Shown here: positions 22,519 to 31,323 of the stretch, in pieces | How positions within the stretch are numbered: position 1 is the stretch's first letter | Layout of the letters: each line of letters starts with the position of its first letter | From: Acetobacteraceae bacterium | GTDB lineage: Bacteria; Pseudomonadota; Alphaproteobacteria; Acetobacterales; Acetobacteraceae | DNA: 64,000 bases | Direction: 5' to 3' | Assembly: GCA_030041255.1 (NCBI GenBank) | Contig: JASHOF010000131.1 | Coordinates: forward strand, 2,998 to 66,997 | The notes under the pieces: model-generated | Seen by the model: the letters and a program-made list of their open reading frames with translations, nothing else | What the model was told of the DNA's origin: nothing | The model's database searches: none | Translations under genes and position numbers: made by a program

Positions 22519-23469
22519 ATGGCAGGGGACAAAAAGCTGGCGGTGGTCGCGATCGGTGGCAATGCGCTGATCCGCGACCGCGAGCACCAGGGGATCCCGG
22601 ATCAGTACGAGGCTGCTCAGCTTACCGTCCAGGGTATTGCCGAGATGATCGAAGCAGGCTGGAAGGTCATCGTTACCCACGGCAACGGCCCGCAGATGGG
22701 CTACGTGCTGCGCCGATCGGAGCTCTCCATCCACGAAGTCGCACCGGTGCCCATGGACTACGCCGGTGCCGATCTGCAGGGTGGGCTCGGCTACATGTTC
22801 GTGCGTGCCTTCCGCAACGAGTTCCGCCGCCGTGGCATGGCCCGCGAGCCGGTCGCGGTGGTCACGCTTGCGGAGGTGGATTCCGACGATCCTGCCTTTG
22901 CGGATCCGACCAAGCCGATCGGTTCGCAGATGGATGAGAAAAGAGCGAAGGCGCTGGCGGCTCAGCAGGGATGGACCGTGAAAGAGGATGCCGGGCGCGG
23001 CTGGCGCCGGGTGGTGCCCTCGCCACGGCCGCAAAGCATCATCGACTATCGGGCGATCGCGCATCTGGCGGAAGCCGGATTCGTCGTCGTTGCTTGCGGC
23101 GGCGGCGGCATTCCGGTGGTACGGGACGCGGATGGCCGCCTGCGCGGTGTGGAAGCGGTGATCGACAAGGACCTCGCCTCCAGCCTGCTTGCACGCGCGA
23201 TCGGCGCCGACCTCCTGGTGCTGGCGACCGGCGTGGAACGGGTTGCGATCGGCTTCAATACGCCGCGCCAGCGCTGGCTCGACCGGATGACGCTGGCCGA
23301 GGCACGCGGTTACGATGCCGCGGAGGAATTCGACAAGGGCAGCATGGGGCCGAAGATCAAGGCGCTGATCGAATTCACCGAGAGTACCGGGAAACGTGGA
23401 CTGATCACCAGCCCGGCTGGTCTTTGCCGGGCCCTGCAAGGGGTAACCGGAACCATACTCGTTCCGTGA
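22519..23469 (+). CDS. arcC: carbamate kinase
   Basis: ORF 22519..23469. Motifs: VVAIGGNAL, THGNGPQ(M)G, GGGGIPV, KD.ASSLLA. Confidence 0.9.
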   Translation: MAGDKKLAVVAIGGNALIRDREHQGIPDQYEAAQLTVQGIAEMIEAGWKVIVTHGNGPQMGYVLRRSELSIHEVAPVPMDYAGADLQGGLGYMFVRAFRNEFRRRGMAREPVAVVTLAEVDSDDPAFADPTKPIGSQMDEKRAKALAAQQGWTVKEDAGRGWRRVVPSPRPQSIIDYRAIAHLAEAGFVVVACGGGGIPVVRDADGRLRGVEAVIDKDLASSLLARAIGADLLVLATGVERVAIGFNTPRQRWLDRMTLAEARGYDAAEEFDKGSMGPKIKALIEFTESTGKRGLITSPAGLCRALQGVTGTILVP

Positions 23470-23506
23470 CCGGAAATGAGCGGGGCCGGCATCGCTGCAT
23501 TCGGTA

Positions 23507-24220
23507 TCAGACGGTCTCGGAGAGTACCAACCGGCGCCGGGGGCTGATCTCGCGCGTCGGCACCGCAGCAAAGCAGTCCTTCACCGCCTCGCTGATCGTC
23601 ACGCCGGCAAACTGCGGGGCGAGGCGCCTGCCGCTTTGCTCCCAGAGTGCGGCGCTGCGCAACAAGAGGCGCTGCCTGAACGGCGGGAGGTAGAGGGCCG
23701 TGTCGCGCCGCTCGATCCGGAACAGCGAAGCAGCGAGCAGCACGCCGAGCTGGCGCGGCGAGTAGGGCTGCCCGTGGCCGAACGGCGTTGCCTCCACATA
23801 GGCCCAGGGGCTGCTCCGATTCGGCACGACAAGGAGAAGGCGGCCGTCATCCTTGAGCACGCGCCAGAGTTCGCGCAGCAGTCGGCGCGCATTCTCCGCC
23901 CCTTCGAGCCCGTGCACCACCAGGATGCGATCGAACGAAAGGTCGCGGAAGGGAAGCGCGTCCTCCTCGGCGGTGCAGGAGAGATTGGCAAGGCCGGCCG
24001 GCCAGCGCGCCGCGCCGGCTTGGGCGGGGCTCAACGCAATGCAACGCCTTGTCCCTTCCCGCCAGAGGCGGAGATAGGGAGCCGCATAGCCAAGGCCGAG
24101 CAACTCCTGGCCCGAGAGATCGGGCCAAAGAGCGAAGAGCCGCTCGCGCAGGAGCCGCGCCGTCGCCTTGCCTTGGCGGGTGGCATAGAAATCGGCGGCC
24201 GTCGCCACGTCCATCGCCAT
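23507..24220 (-). CDS. class I SAM-dependent methyltransferase (Methyltransf_11-like), divergent partner of gloB
   Basis: ORF 23507..24238, with the start taken at MAMDVAT. The pattern ILVVHGLEGAENARRLLRELWRVLKDDGRLLLVVPN is typical of the conserved alphaproteobacterial gene next to gloB. Confidence 0.7.
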   Translation of the reverse strand: MAMDVATAADFYATRQGKATARLLRERLFALWPDLSGQELLGLGYAAPYLRLWREGTRRCIALSPAQAGAARWPAGLANLSCTAEEDALPFRDLSFDRILVVHGLEGAENARRLLRELWRVLKDDGRLLLVVPNRSSPWAYVEATPFGHGQPYSPRQLGVLLAASLFRIERRDTALYLPPFRQRLLLRSAALWEQSGRRLAPQFAGVTISEAVKDCFAAVPTREISPRRRLVLSETV

Positions 24221-24278
24221 GCAAACACTATAGCACATGCGGCTTTCGCGGGCGCGGAGAGAGCCTTATACTCCGACC

Positions 24279-24998
24279 ATGCTAAGCGTTCGCCCGATCC
24301 CCCTGCTTGCTGATAATTACGGCTGGCTTCTCCAAGACGAGTCCGGCTTCACTGCCTTTGTCGATCCGGCCGAAGAAGGGCCGGCCGCGGCGGCCACCGA
24401 CCAAGCGGGCGGGCGGCTCGACTTGATCCTGCTCACGCATCACCACGCCGACCACGTGGCCGGGACCGACGCGCTCAGGGCGCGCTTCGGTGCGAAGGTC
24501 GCGGGCAACGCAGCGGACGCGCATCGGCTGCCGAGGCTCGATCATGCGCTTAGTCCTGGCGAGCGGCTTGATGTCGGGCGGAATACGGCCGAGGTGATCG
24601 ACACGCCGGGCCACACGCGCGGCCACATTGCCTATTTCTTCGCGTCGGGGCCCGTGGCTCTGGTCGGCGACACGATCTTCAGCCTCGGCTGCGGTCGGGT
24701 GATAGAAGGCACGGCGGAAGAGATGTTCGCGAGCCTCCGGCGCCTTGCCGCGCTGCCGGGCGAGTCGCTCGTCTGTTGCGGCCACGAATACACCCTTGCC
24801 AACGCTCGTTTCGCGCTGTCACTCCGCCCGGACGATGCCGCACTCAAGAGACGCGCCGAAGAGGCCAAGCGAAGCCGCGCTTCCGGTGAGCCGACGGTGC
24901 CGACCCGGCTCGAGGAAGAATGCCGGCTCAATCCCTTTCTAGTGGTGTCGAACGCGGCTGAGTTCGCTCGCATTCGCGCACTGAAAGACAGGTTCTAG
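24279..24998 (+). CDS. gloB: hydroxyacylglutathione hydrolase (glyoxalase II)
   Basis: ORF 24237..24998, with the start at MLSVRPIPLLADNYGWLL. It has the metallo-beta-lactamase motif THHHADH, then TPGHT and GHEYT, and ends ...NPFL...FARIRALKDRF. Confidence 0.9.
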   Translation: MLSVRPIPLLADNYGWLLQDESGFTAFVDPAEEGPAAAATDQAGGRLDLILLTHHHADHVAGTDALRARFGAKVAGNAADAHRLPRLDHALSPGERLDVGRNTAEVIDTPGHTRGHIAYFFASGPVALVGDTIFSLGCGRVIEGTAEEMFASLRRLAALPGESLVCCGHEYTLANARFALSLRPDDAALKRRAEEAKRSRASGEPTVPTRLEEECRLNPFLVVSNAAEFARIRALKDRF

Positions 24999-25081
24999 CG
25001 CCAGATGACTTTGGCCTGAAACGGAAAAAGGGGGATTGCCCGAGGCGGGGCTGATCCCATCCAGGATGCGGGCTGAAGGGG

Positions 25082-25110
25082 AGGTCGGCATCGATAGCCC
25101 GACCTTTTTC
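25082..25110 (+). terminator. rho-independent terminator downstream of gloB
   Basis: AGGTCGG-(10 nt loop)-CCGACCT followed by TTTT, 84 nt after the gloB stop. Confidence 0.7.
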
Positions 25111-25449
25111 GATGGAGCTACGCGAGCACGCGCTGGGACAGTTGAGCGTCACGGGACGTCATGTCACGCGGCGGTTGCCCCCTCGGCGTGGCGGTTCCGG
25201 CGAGACGCTGAAGCGCCTACTCCACAAGGCAGCAGCCCGCGCACGAAGCCGTCCGTGATGCCATCGGCGCGCCTCCTCGACAACGACACCGCCGAAAAAT
25301 GCGCCAATAACTTCAAATACTCAGACTTCTATTCTACCGTACGTTACTCCGGTATGATAGATGAGTGAGCAATGGCGCGCCCGCGTGTGATCTGGACGGA
25401 AGGGCAAAACGACGACCCGTGAACTGATCGTCCCATCCTTGCTCGCCGC

Positions 25450-25686
25450 ATGGCACTTTCTCTCGCCGGCGGCGTGCATAGCGGCGGCACGAGTGCTCCG
25501 ACAGGCGAGTTCATCAACGCCGGCGCTGGTGGGGCCGGCGGCGCGGGTGAACTCGTCGTCGCCGGTGGAGTCGGCGGCAATCTCGGCGCGGGCAATGTCG
25601 GCTCGTGGAATCTCGGCGCCGGCAATATCGGCTCGGCCAATTCCGGCGTCGGCGGGGCCGCCGACGCGGGGAAGACCACGCGCTGA
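25450..25686 (+). CDS. hypothetical Gly/Asn-rich repeat peptide (78 aa); coding status and strand unresolved
   Basis: The ORF reads ...GGNLGAGNVGSWNLGAGNIGSANSGVGG.... Hand-counted third-position G+C is about 77 percent. It is preceded by an AT-rich patch and followed by a small hairpin (25733-25752). Two reverse-strand frames are also open across the same repeat. Confidence 0.3.
   Translation: MALSLAGGVHSGGTSAPTGEFINAGAGGAGGAGELVVAGGVGGNLGAGNVGSWNLGAGNIGSANSGVGGAADAGKTTR
25579..25653. repeat. 15-bp periodic tandem repeat (5 units; 30-bp higher-order unit 25/30 identical)
   Basis: The five units are AATCTCGGCGCGGGC, AATGTCGGCTCGTGG, AATCTCGGCGCCGGC, AATATCGGCTCGGCC and AATTCCGGCGTCGGC. Confidence 0.85.
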
Positions 25687-25764
25687 CCCGGCGCTCGCCG
25701 AGTGAGCCTCGGTTGGAGCGGCGTGGTCACGCCCTTGCAGCGGGTCGCAAGGCACGGGTCCTGT

Positions 25765-26271
25765 TCATTGTTTGCGCCCGCATTCGGGCGCTGAAGGACC
25801 TGTTCTGAGGGAACACTCAATCCTGGGCGAGAGCCGGGCGGCAAGCACCAGCGCATCCGAGCGGTCGGCGTAGTAGGCGCGCCGCAGCCCTACCCGGGCA
25901 AATCCCGCCTTCTTGTAAAGTGCGAACGCAGCTTCGTTGGTCGTGCCGACCTCGAGAACGATCCGCTCCGCCCCGGCCAAGGCTGCCTCGCTCATCGCCA
26001 GTGAAAGAAGCCCGGCGCCAAGCCCCCGACGCCGTGCCTCAGGGATCACGGCGAGGGTCAAGAGCTCCGCCTCAGGGCCGAGAACACGGGCGAGGAGCAT
26101 CCCGCCTGAAGAATCGATGAATCCGAGCGCGCCCGGCAGGCCAAGCTGGATGGCGAAAGAATCCTCACCCCAGGGCCTGCCCCACGCTGCTGCCTCGGCA
26201 CCGGCGGCGAAAACCTGGGCATGGATCGCTGCCATCGCTGCCGCATCGGCCGGGCAGGCGCGAAGGATCAT
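25765..26271 (-). CDS. rimI: ribosomal-protein-alanine N-acetyltransferase
   Basis: ORF 25765..26415, with the start at MILRACPAD (ATG 26269-26271). The GNAT motif is LAVIPEARRRGLGAGLL, with AA.ALY...GF. It lies immediately downstream of tsaB. Confidence 0.85.
   Translation of the reverse strand: MILRACPADAAAMAAIHAQVFAAGAEAAAWGRPWGEDSFAIQLGLPGALGFIDSSGGMLLARVLGPEAELLTLAVIPEARRRGLGAGLLSLAMSEAALAGAERIVLEVGTTNEAAFALYKKAGFARVGLRRAYYADRSDALVLAARLSPRIECSLRTGPSAPECGRKQ
25776..25808 (+). pseudogene. displaced second copy of the gloB 3' end (encodes ARIRALKDLF-stop)
   Basis: It is 25/33 nt identical to 24966-24998 (ARIRALKDRF-stop). Reading frame and stop are preserved. It lies antisense inside the 3' end of rimI. 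Confidence 0.45.
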
Positions 26272-26284
26272 GCGAGCGGATGGT

Positions 26285-26929
26285 TCATTCGGGGTCAGGG
26301 CGGAGGCCGGTAGGACGGCGCACGGCCGGTGGATCGACGTAAAGAGGAAGGGCGGCGCGGGGGGAAAGGGTGCCGGCGAGGCGGGCCTCGCCGGCCAGCC
26401 CCAGCGCCCTGGCATCGGGGGTCAACACCGCGGCAAGCTCGGCGTCCGCACCCGCCCGGGTGAGCTCTTCCGCCACCGATCGGGCGGCGTCTCCGGCGAG
26501 GAGGATCGGCCCTGATGGCAAGGGCATGGCGGTGAGATCGAAGACGGCAACCTGGTCCGCGCGTTCGAGAAAGATTCGCCCGCGCTTCGAATCGATGACG
26601 ACCCAAAGTGGGCGCAACGAGAATGCCGGCAGGATGCCTGCCAGCGCCTCGCCGACGCTCACCCCGATGACCGGCTTCCCGGCCGCGAGCCCGATGCCGG
26701 CGGCCAGCGCGAGCGCCGTGCGGATGCCGGTGAAGCTGCCCGGCCCGACCGAGGCGGCGACTGCCGTGAGGTCCGCGCCGGCAAGGCCCGCCCTGCGCAG
26801 CACCCGGTCCGCCAGCACGGCAAGTTGCGCCGCACCGGCCTTGTCCGCCTCGACGGCCAGCACGCGTCCTCCTTCGACAACGGCGGCGGAGGCGACCCTC
26901 AGTGCGGCATCCAGGGCGAGGAGAGGCAT
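26285..26929 (-). CDS. tsaB: tRNA threonylcarbamoyladenosine (t6A) biosynthesis protein TsaB
   Basis: ORF 26285..26929. It has the GPGSFTGIRTALA motif and the tsaB-rimI gene order. Confidence 0.85.
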   Translation of the reverse strand: MPLLALDAALRVASAAVVEGGRVLAVEADKAGAAQLAVLADRVLRRAGLAGADLTAVAASVGPGSFTGIRTALALAAGIGLAAGKPVIGVSVGEALAGILPAFSLRPLWVVIDSKRGRIFLERADQVAVFDLTAMPLPSGPILLAGDAARSVAEELTRAGADAELAAVLTPDARALGLAGEARLAGTLSPRAALPLYVDPPAVRRPTGLRPDPE

Positions 26930-26940
26930 CGTGCCGCTGC

Positions 26941-27735
26941 TCAGCGGCCGGTGAAGCGCGGTGGGCGCTTCTCGTTGAAGGCGGCGACGCCCTCGTGGCG
27001 GTCCTCGGTCGGGACCAGGCGGTTATAGGCCTCTATCTCCAGCATCAGGGCGGCCGGCAAGTCCAGGGCGATCCCCACCTTGACCGCCTGCTTGATCTGC
27101 CGGGTGGCAAGCGGGGCATTGGCGGCGATGACCGCCGCCGTCACCCGCGCCTCGGCCAGGAGCGCGGCGGGCGAAAGGACGCGGTTGACGAGGCCCCAGG
27201 CGGCTGCCTCGGCGGCGCTGAAAGGACGGCCGGTCAGCAATATCTCGTTCGCGCGCCTGGTGCCGACCGCGCGTGGCAGGTTCTGCGTGCCGCCCGCACC
27301 GGGCATGATGCCGAGCGTGACCTCGGTCAGCGCGAAGCGGGCGTGGTCTGCGGCATAGGCGAAGTCCGCCAAGAGCGCCAGTTCGCAGCCGCCACCGTAG
27401 GCTGCCCCGTTCACTGCCGCGATAAGTGGCATCGGCGCGAGCCGGATGGCCCGGACCATCCGTTCGAAGACGAGGTGCTGGGCTTGCCAGGCAGCGTCGG
27501 TCATGCCCAGGCGCTCCTTGAGGTCTCCGCCGGCGCAGAAGGCCCGGCTGCCGGCGCCGGTGAGAATGACCGCCCGCGCCCGCGCCGGCGCTGCGTTGAG
27601 GCTATCGAACAGCCGGCAAAGCTCGTCTCCCATTGCCGTATTGATGGCGTTCGCGACCTCCGGGCGATCGAGCGTGATTTCCAGAATCCCGGGCGCCGGC
27701 TCGCTCAACCTGAGTGTAGTGAAATCCTCTGCCAT
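26941..27735 (-). CDS. enoyl-CoA hydratase/isomerase family protein
   Basis: ORF 26941..27735. Motifs: ILTGAGSRAFCAGGDL, NGAAYGGGCELAL, LTEVTLGIMPGAGGTQ. Confidence 0.9.
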   Translation of the reverse strand: MAEDFTTLRLSEPAPGILEITLDRPEVANAINTAMGDELCRLFDSLNAAPARARAVILTGAGSRAFCAGGDLKERLGMTDAAWQAQHLVFERMVRAIRLAPMPLIAAVNGAAYGGGCELALLADFAYAADHARFALTEVTLGIMPGAGGTQNLPRAVGTRRANEILLTGRPFSAAEAAAWGLVNRVLSPAALLAEARVTAAVIAANAPLATRQIKQAVKVGIALDLPAALMLEIEAYNRLVPTEDRHEGVAAFNEKRPPRFTGR

Positions 27736-27821
27736 ATCTCCATTGCTCCGCGGCAGCCGGCGGTCTCATAGCGCCTGAGCCGGCTCACCGCGATGATGCC
27801 GGCTGGCAGCAGGTTGGCATT

Positions 27822-27851
27822 GCGGCCTTGGGCGGCCTCGGGCGGCCTTGG
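27822..27851. repeat. 10-bp tandem repeat x3 in divergent promoter region
   Basis: The three units are GCGGCCTTGG, GCGGCCTCGG and GCGGCCTTGG. Confidence 0.8.
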
Positions 27852-27918
27852 CCTGAAGAAGGCGGCGCTGCTAAAAGAGCCTTCGATTCACCTCTTGTTC
27901 CAGGATTCGACCCCTGCG

Positions 27919-28668
27919 ATGGCGGGACATTCGCAGTTCAAGAACATCATGCACCGCAAGGGTGCGCAGGATGCACGCCGCGCCAGGCAGTTCGGACGGC
28001 TGATCCGTGAGATCACCGTTGCGGCGCGCCAGGGCCTGCCAGAGATCGGCGCCAATCCGCGGCTGCGCGCGGCAGTTGCCGCTGCGCGCGAGGCCAACAT
28101 GCCGAAGGACACGGTTGAGCGGGCGATCCGCAAGGCAAGCGGAAGCGGCCAGGGGGCGGATTTCAGCGAAGTCCGCTACGAGGGTTATGGCCCCGCCGGG
28201 GTCGCCGTGATCGTCGAGGCGCTGACCGATAACCGCAACCGCACGGCCTCTGACGTGCGCGCCGCCTTTGCGCGCAACGGTGGGGCGCTCGGCGAAACCA
28301 ACTCGGTGGCTTTCCTGTTCCAGCGTCAGGGCGTCGTGCGCTATCCGCCCGAGGCGGCAGGCCCGGAGGCGATGCTCGAGGCGGCGATCGAGGCCGGCGC
28401 GGAGAACGTCGAAAGCACGGCGGAGGGGCATGAGATCACGACGACGGTTGCGGATTTCTTCGCCGTCAGGGACGCGCTGGAAGCCCGGCTGGGCCCGCCC
28501 GAACGGGCGAGCCTGGAGTGGCGGCCGCAGAGCCTGGTTGCTCTCGATGCCGATCAGGCCAGTGCGGTTCTGAAGCTCTTCGATGCGCTCGAGGAGATTG
28601 ACGATGTGCAGAATGTCAGCGCGAATTGCGAAGTCCCGGAATCGGTGCTGGTGCGGATCGATGCCTGA
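27919..28668 (+). CDS. YebC/PmpR-family DNA-binding transcriptional regulator
   Basis: ORF 27793..28668, with the start at [15 protein letters not shown], the invariant family N-terminus. Confidence 0.95.
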   Translation: MAGHSQFKNIMHRKGAQDARRARQFGRLIREITVAARQGLPEIGANPRLRAAVAAAREANMPKDTVERAIRKASGSGQGADFSEVRYEGYGPAGVAVIVEALTDNRNRTASDVRAAFARNGGALGETNSVAFLFQRQGVVRYPPEAAGPEAMLEAAIEAGAENVESTAEGHEITTTVADFFAVRDALEARLGPPERASLEWRPQSLVALDADQASAVLKLFDALEEIDDVQNVSANCEVPESVLVRIDA

Positions 28669-28705
28669 GTGGAGTTGAAACCTGAGCGGGGTTGAAAAAC
28701 GAGAA

Positions 28706-29215
28706 GTGCTGCGCTTGCTCGGACTCGACCCTGGGCTCGGCGTCACCGGCTGGGGCATCATCGGTGTGGCCGGCAGCCGGCTCACGCCGCTCGGCTGCGG
28801 CGTGATCGAAACCGACCCTGCGGTTTCCGTGCCGGAGCGGCTGCGCGCGCTGCACGAGGAACTCTCCCGCCTGCTCGCGCTGCACGCTCCGGAGGAGGCA
28901 GCGATCGAGGAAACATTCGTCAACCGCAACGGTGCCGCCACCCTCAAGCTCGGCTATGCGCGGGGTGTGGCGCTGCTCGCCCCGGCGCTGGCCGGCATTC
29001 CGGTTGCCGAATATGCGGCCCGCACCGTCAAGCAGGCAGTCGTCGGCACTGGCGCGGCGAGCAAGGAACAGGTGGCGATGATGGTGCGGCGCCTGCTGCC
29101 GGGGGCGCAGTTTCAGCGGGCGGACGCCGCCGACGCGCTCGCGGTTGCCATCTGCCATGCCCATCATCGTTCGAGCCGCCGTCTCTGGGAGGCGGCTGAT
29201 CGGCACCGGGCATGA
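28706..29215 (+). CDS. ruvC: crossover junction endodeoxyribonuclease RuvC
   Basis: ORF 28706..29215 (GTG start). Motifs: LGLDPGL..TGWG, EE.FVN.N, DAADALAVAICHA. Confidence 0.95.
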   Translation: MLRLLGLDPGLGVTGWGIIGVAGSRLTPLGCGVIETDPAVSVPERLRALHEELSRLLALHAPEEAAIEETFVNRNGAATLKLGYARGVALLAPALAGIPVAEYAARTVKQAVVGTGAASKEQVAMMVRRLLPGAQFQRADAADALAVAICHAHHRSSRRLWEAADRHRA

Positions 29216-29802
29216 TCGCGAGCCTGACCGGCCGGGTTGCTGCGACCGAAGAGCGGAGCTGCGTCATCGATGTTGCGGGCGTGGGGTATCGCGTGCAGGC
29301 CTCGGCCCGCACCCTGGCGGCGCTGCCGGCTCCGCCGGCCCTGGCACACCTCCTGGTGGAGACCCAGCTCAGGGATGATTCGATCCTCCTCTACGGCTTT
29401 TCCGACACCGCGGAACGCGCGTGGTTCCGGCTTCTCACGGGTGTCCAGGGGGTCGGTTCGAAGCTGGCGCTCGGCATTCTGTCCGCCCTCTCTCCGGACG
29501 ACCTCGCGGTGGCGATCGCCGCCGGCGACCGGGCCTGGCTGATGCGAGCCCCGGGTGTGGGAGCCAAGCTCGCGCAGCGGCTTCTGGGCGAGCTGCGCGA
29601 GCCCGCGGCCCAGATTCCGAGCCTCTCCCTGGCGGTGCCGGCAGCCTCGGGCGTTGCCGCGGATGCGATTTCGGCGCTGGTCAATCTTGGCTACCGGCGC
29701 ACCGAGGCGGAGGCGGCGCTGCAGCGTGCCGGCGCTCGCCTTGGTGAAGAGCCTTCGTTCGATTCCCTGGTTCGGGAGGGGCTGAAGGAACTGGCCCGAT
29801 GA
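29212..29802 (+). CDS. ruvA: Holliday junction DNA helicase subunit RuvA
   Basis: ORF 29212..29802. It reads MIASLTGRV...VGYRV...LLYGF...GVGSKLAL. The start overlaps the ruvC stop (ATGA). Confidence 0.95.
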   Translation: MIASLTGRVAATEERSCVIDVAGVGYRVQASARTLAALPAPPALAHLLVETQLRDDSILLYGFSDTAERAWFRLLTGVQGVGSKLALGILSALSPDDLAVAIAAGDRAWLMRAPGVGAKLAQRLLGELREPAAQIPSLSLAVPAASGVAADAISALVNLGYRRTEAEAALQRAGARLGEEPSFDSLVREGLKELAR

Positions 29803-30863
29803 AGAAGCGCCCTGAGGCGCCGCCTCCCGCCGAGGAGGAGCGGACGATCAGCCCGGCGGCGATCGAGGACGACCTCGCCGAGACCTCGCTCCGCCCGCAG
29901 AGCCTCGTCGAATTTGTCGGCCAGCAGGCGATTTGCGGCAATCTGGGCATCTTTATTGCCGCCGCGCGCAAGAGGGGCGAAGCGCTTGATCATGTGCTTC
30001 TGCACGGCCCGCCCGGGCTCGGCAAGACCACTCTCGGGCAGATCATCGCGCGCGAGCTTGGTGTCGGCTTCCGCGCCACCTCCGGGCCGGTGATTCAACG
30101 TGCCGGTGACCTCGCCGCCGTGCTGACCAATCTCCAGTCGCGTGACGTGCTGTTCATCGACGAGATCCATCGCCTGCAGCCGGCGATCGAAGAGGTGCTG
30201 TACCCGGCAATGGAGGATTTCCAGCTTGACCTCATCATCGGCGAAGGGCCCGCCGCGCGCAGTGTGCGCATCGACCTCAATCCCTTCACCCTGGTGGGTG
30301 CCACGACGCGCGCCGGCCTCCTGGCCAGCCCGTTGCGGGAGCGTTTCGGCATTCCGCTCCGGCTCAGCTTCTATACGCCGGACGAACTGAGGGAGATCGT
30401 GGCCCGCGGCGCTGCCCGCCTCGGCGTATCGCTGACCGCGGACGGAGCAGCGGAGATTGCCTCCCGCTCGCGCGGCACGCCACGCATCGCCGGCCGCCTG
30501 TTGCGCCGCGTGCGCGACTTTGCCGCCGTCGCCGGGCATTCACCGGTCGATCGCGGGATCGCCGACGAGGCGCTCAACCGCCTCGAAGTGGACCGGCTTG
30601 GCCTCGATGCCATGGATCGCCGCTACCTCGCCCGCATCGCCGAGCACCATGGCGGCGGCCCGGTCGGGGTGGAGACTCTGGCCGCCGCGCTCGCCGAGGC
30701 GCGTGACACGATCGAGGACGTGATCGAACCCTACCTGGTGCAGGAGGGTCTTGTGCTCCGCACCAGCCGGGGTCGCATGCTGGGAGGGCTGGCCTGGCGG
30801 CATCTCGGCCTTCCGTCGCCTGCGCTGCTGTTGCAGCCCGACTTGCTCGGCGAGGACGGGTGA
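29799..30863 (+). CDS. ruvB: Holliday junction DNA helicase RuvB
   Basis: ORF 29799..30863. It has Walker A (GPPGLGKTT), Walker B (LFIDEIHRL) and RGTPRIA. The start overlaps the ruvA stop (ATGA). Confidence 0.95.
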   Translation: MKKRPEAPPPAEEERTISPAAIEDDLAETSLRPQSLVEFVGQQAICGNLGIFIAAARKRGEALDHVLLHGPPGLGKTTLGQIIARELGVGFRATSGPVIQRAGDLAAVLTNLQSRDVLFIDEIHRLQPAIEEVLYPAMEDFQLDLIIGEGPAARSVRIDLNPFTLVGATTRAGLLASPLRERFGIPLRLSFYTPDELREIVARGAARLGVSLTADGAAEIASRSRGTPRIAGRLLRRVRDFAAVAGHSPVDRGIADEALNRLEVDRLGLDAMDRRYLARIAEHHGGGPVGVETLAAALAEARDTIEDVIEPYLVQEGLVLRTSRGRMLGGLAWRHLGLPSPALLLQPDLLGEDG

Positions 30864-31312
30864 GCGGGCATCGCTTCGCCTGCCGGGTCTATTTCGAGGA
30901 CACCGACGCCGGTGGCCTTGTCTATCACGCAAGCTATCTCCGGTTCGCCGAGCGCGCCCGGACCGAAGCCCTGCGCGATCTCGGGGTGCCGCATGCGGTG
31001 CTGCTCGACGAATTCGGTCTGATCTTCGTGGTGCGGCGCATCAAATTGGACTATCTGCGTCCCGCTCGACTCGACGATTCGCTCGAGGTGGGCACCCGGG
31101 TGCTCAGCTTCGGGGCGAGCAGGGTCGCGCTCTCGCAGATCGTCCGGCGAGAGGGCGAGACGCTGGCGGAAGCGGAGGTGATGCTCGCCTGCGTGCGGCG
31201 AAGGGATGGCAGGCCTGCCAGGATTCCGCCCCGGTGGCGTGATGCGTTGGGCAGGCTTGCCGCGGCAGAGGGTGAGGGACGGCCCCGATCGGCTGCAATC
31301 GAGGCTAAATAG
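30860..31312 (+). CDS. ybgC: tol-pal-associated acyl-CoA thioesterase YbgC (4HBT family)
   Basis: ORF 30860..31312, with a GTG start overlapping the ruvB stop. It reads [26 protein letters not shown] and sits directly upstream of tolQ. Confidence 0.85.
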   Translation: MSGHRFACRVYFEDTDAGGLVYHASYLRFAERARTEALRDLGVPHAVLLDEFGLIFVVRRIKLDYLRPARLDDSLEVGTRVLSFGASRVALSQIVRREGETLAEAEVMLACVRRRDGRPARIPPRWRDALGRLAAAEGEGRPRSAAIEAK

Positions 31313-31323
31313 GAGCTTTTCTG

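Noticed and set aside
25344-25856. 170-aa Pro-rich minus-strand ORF across the 15-bp repeat
   Set aside because: Its only usable start lies inside the rimI coding region in another frame. It shares wobble positions with the plus-strand repeat ORF, so its openness is a by-product.
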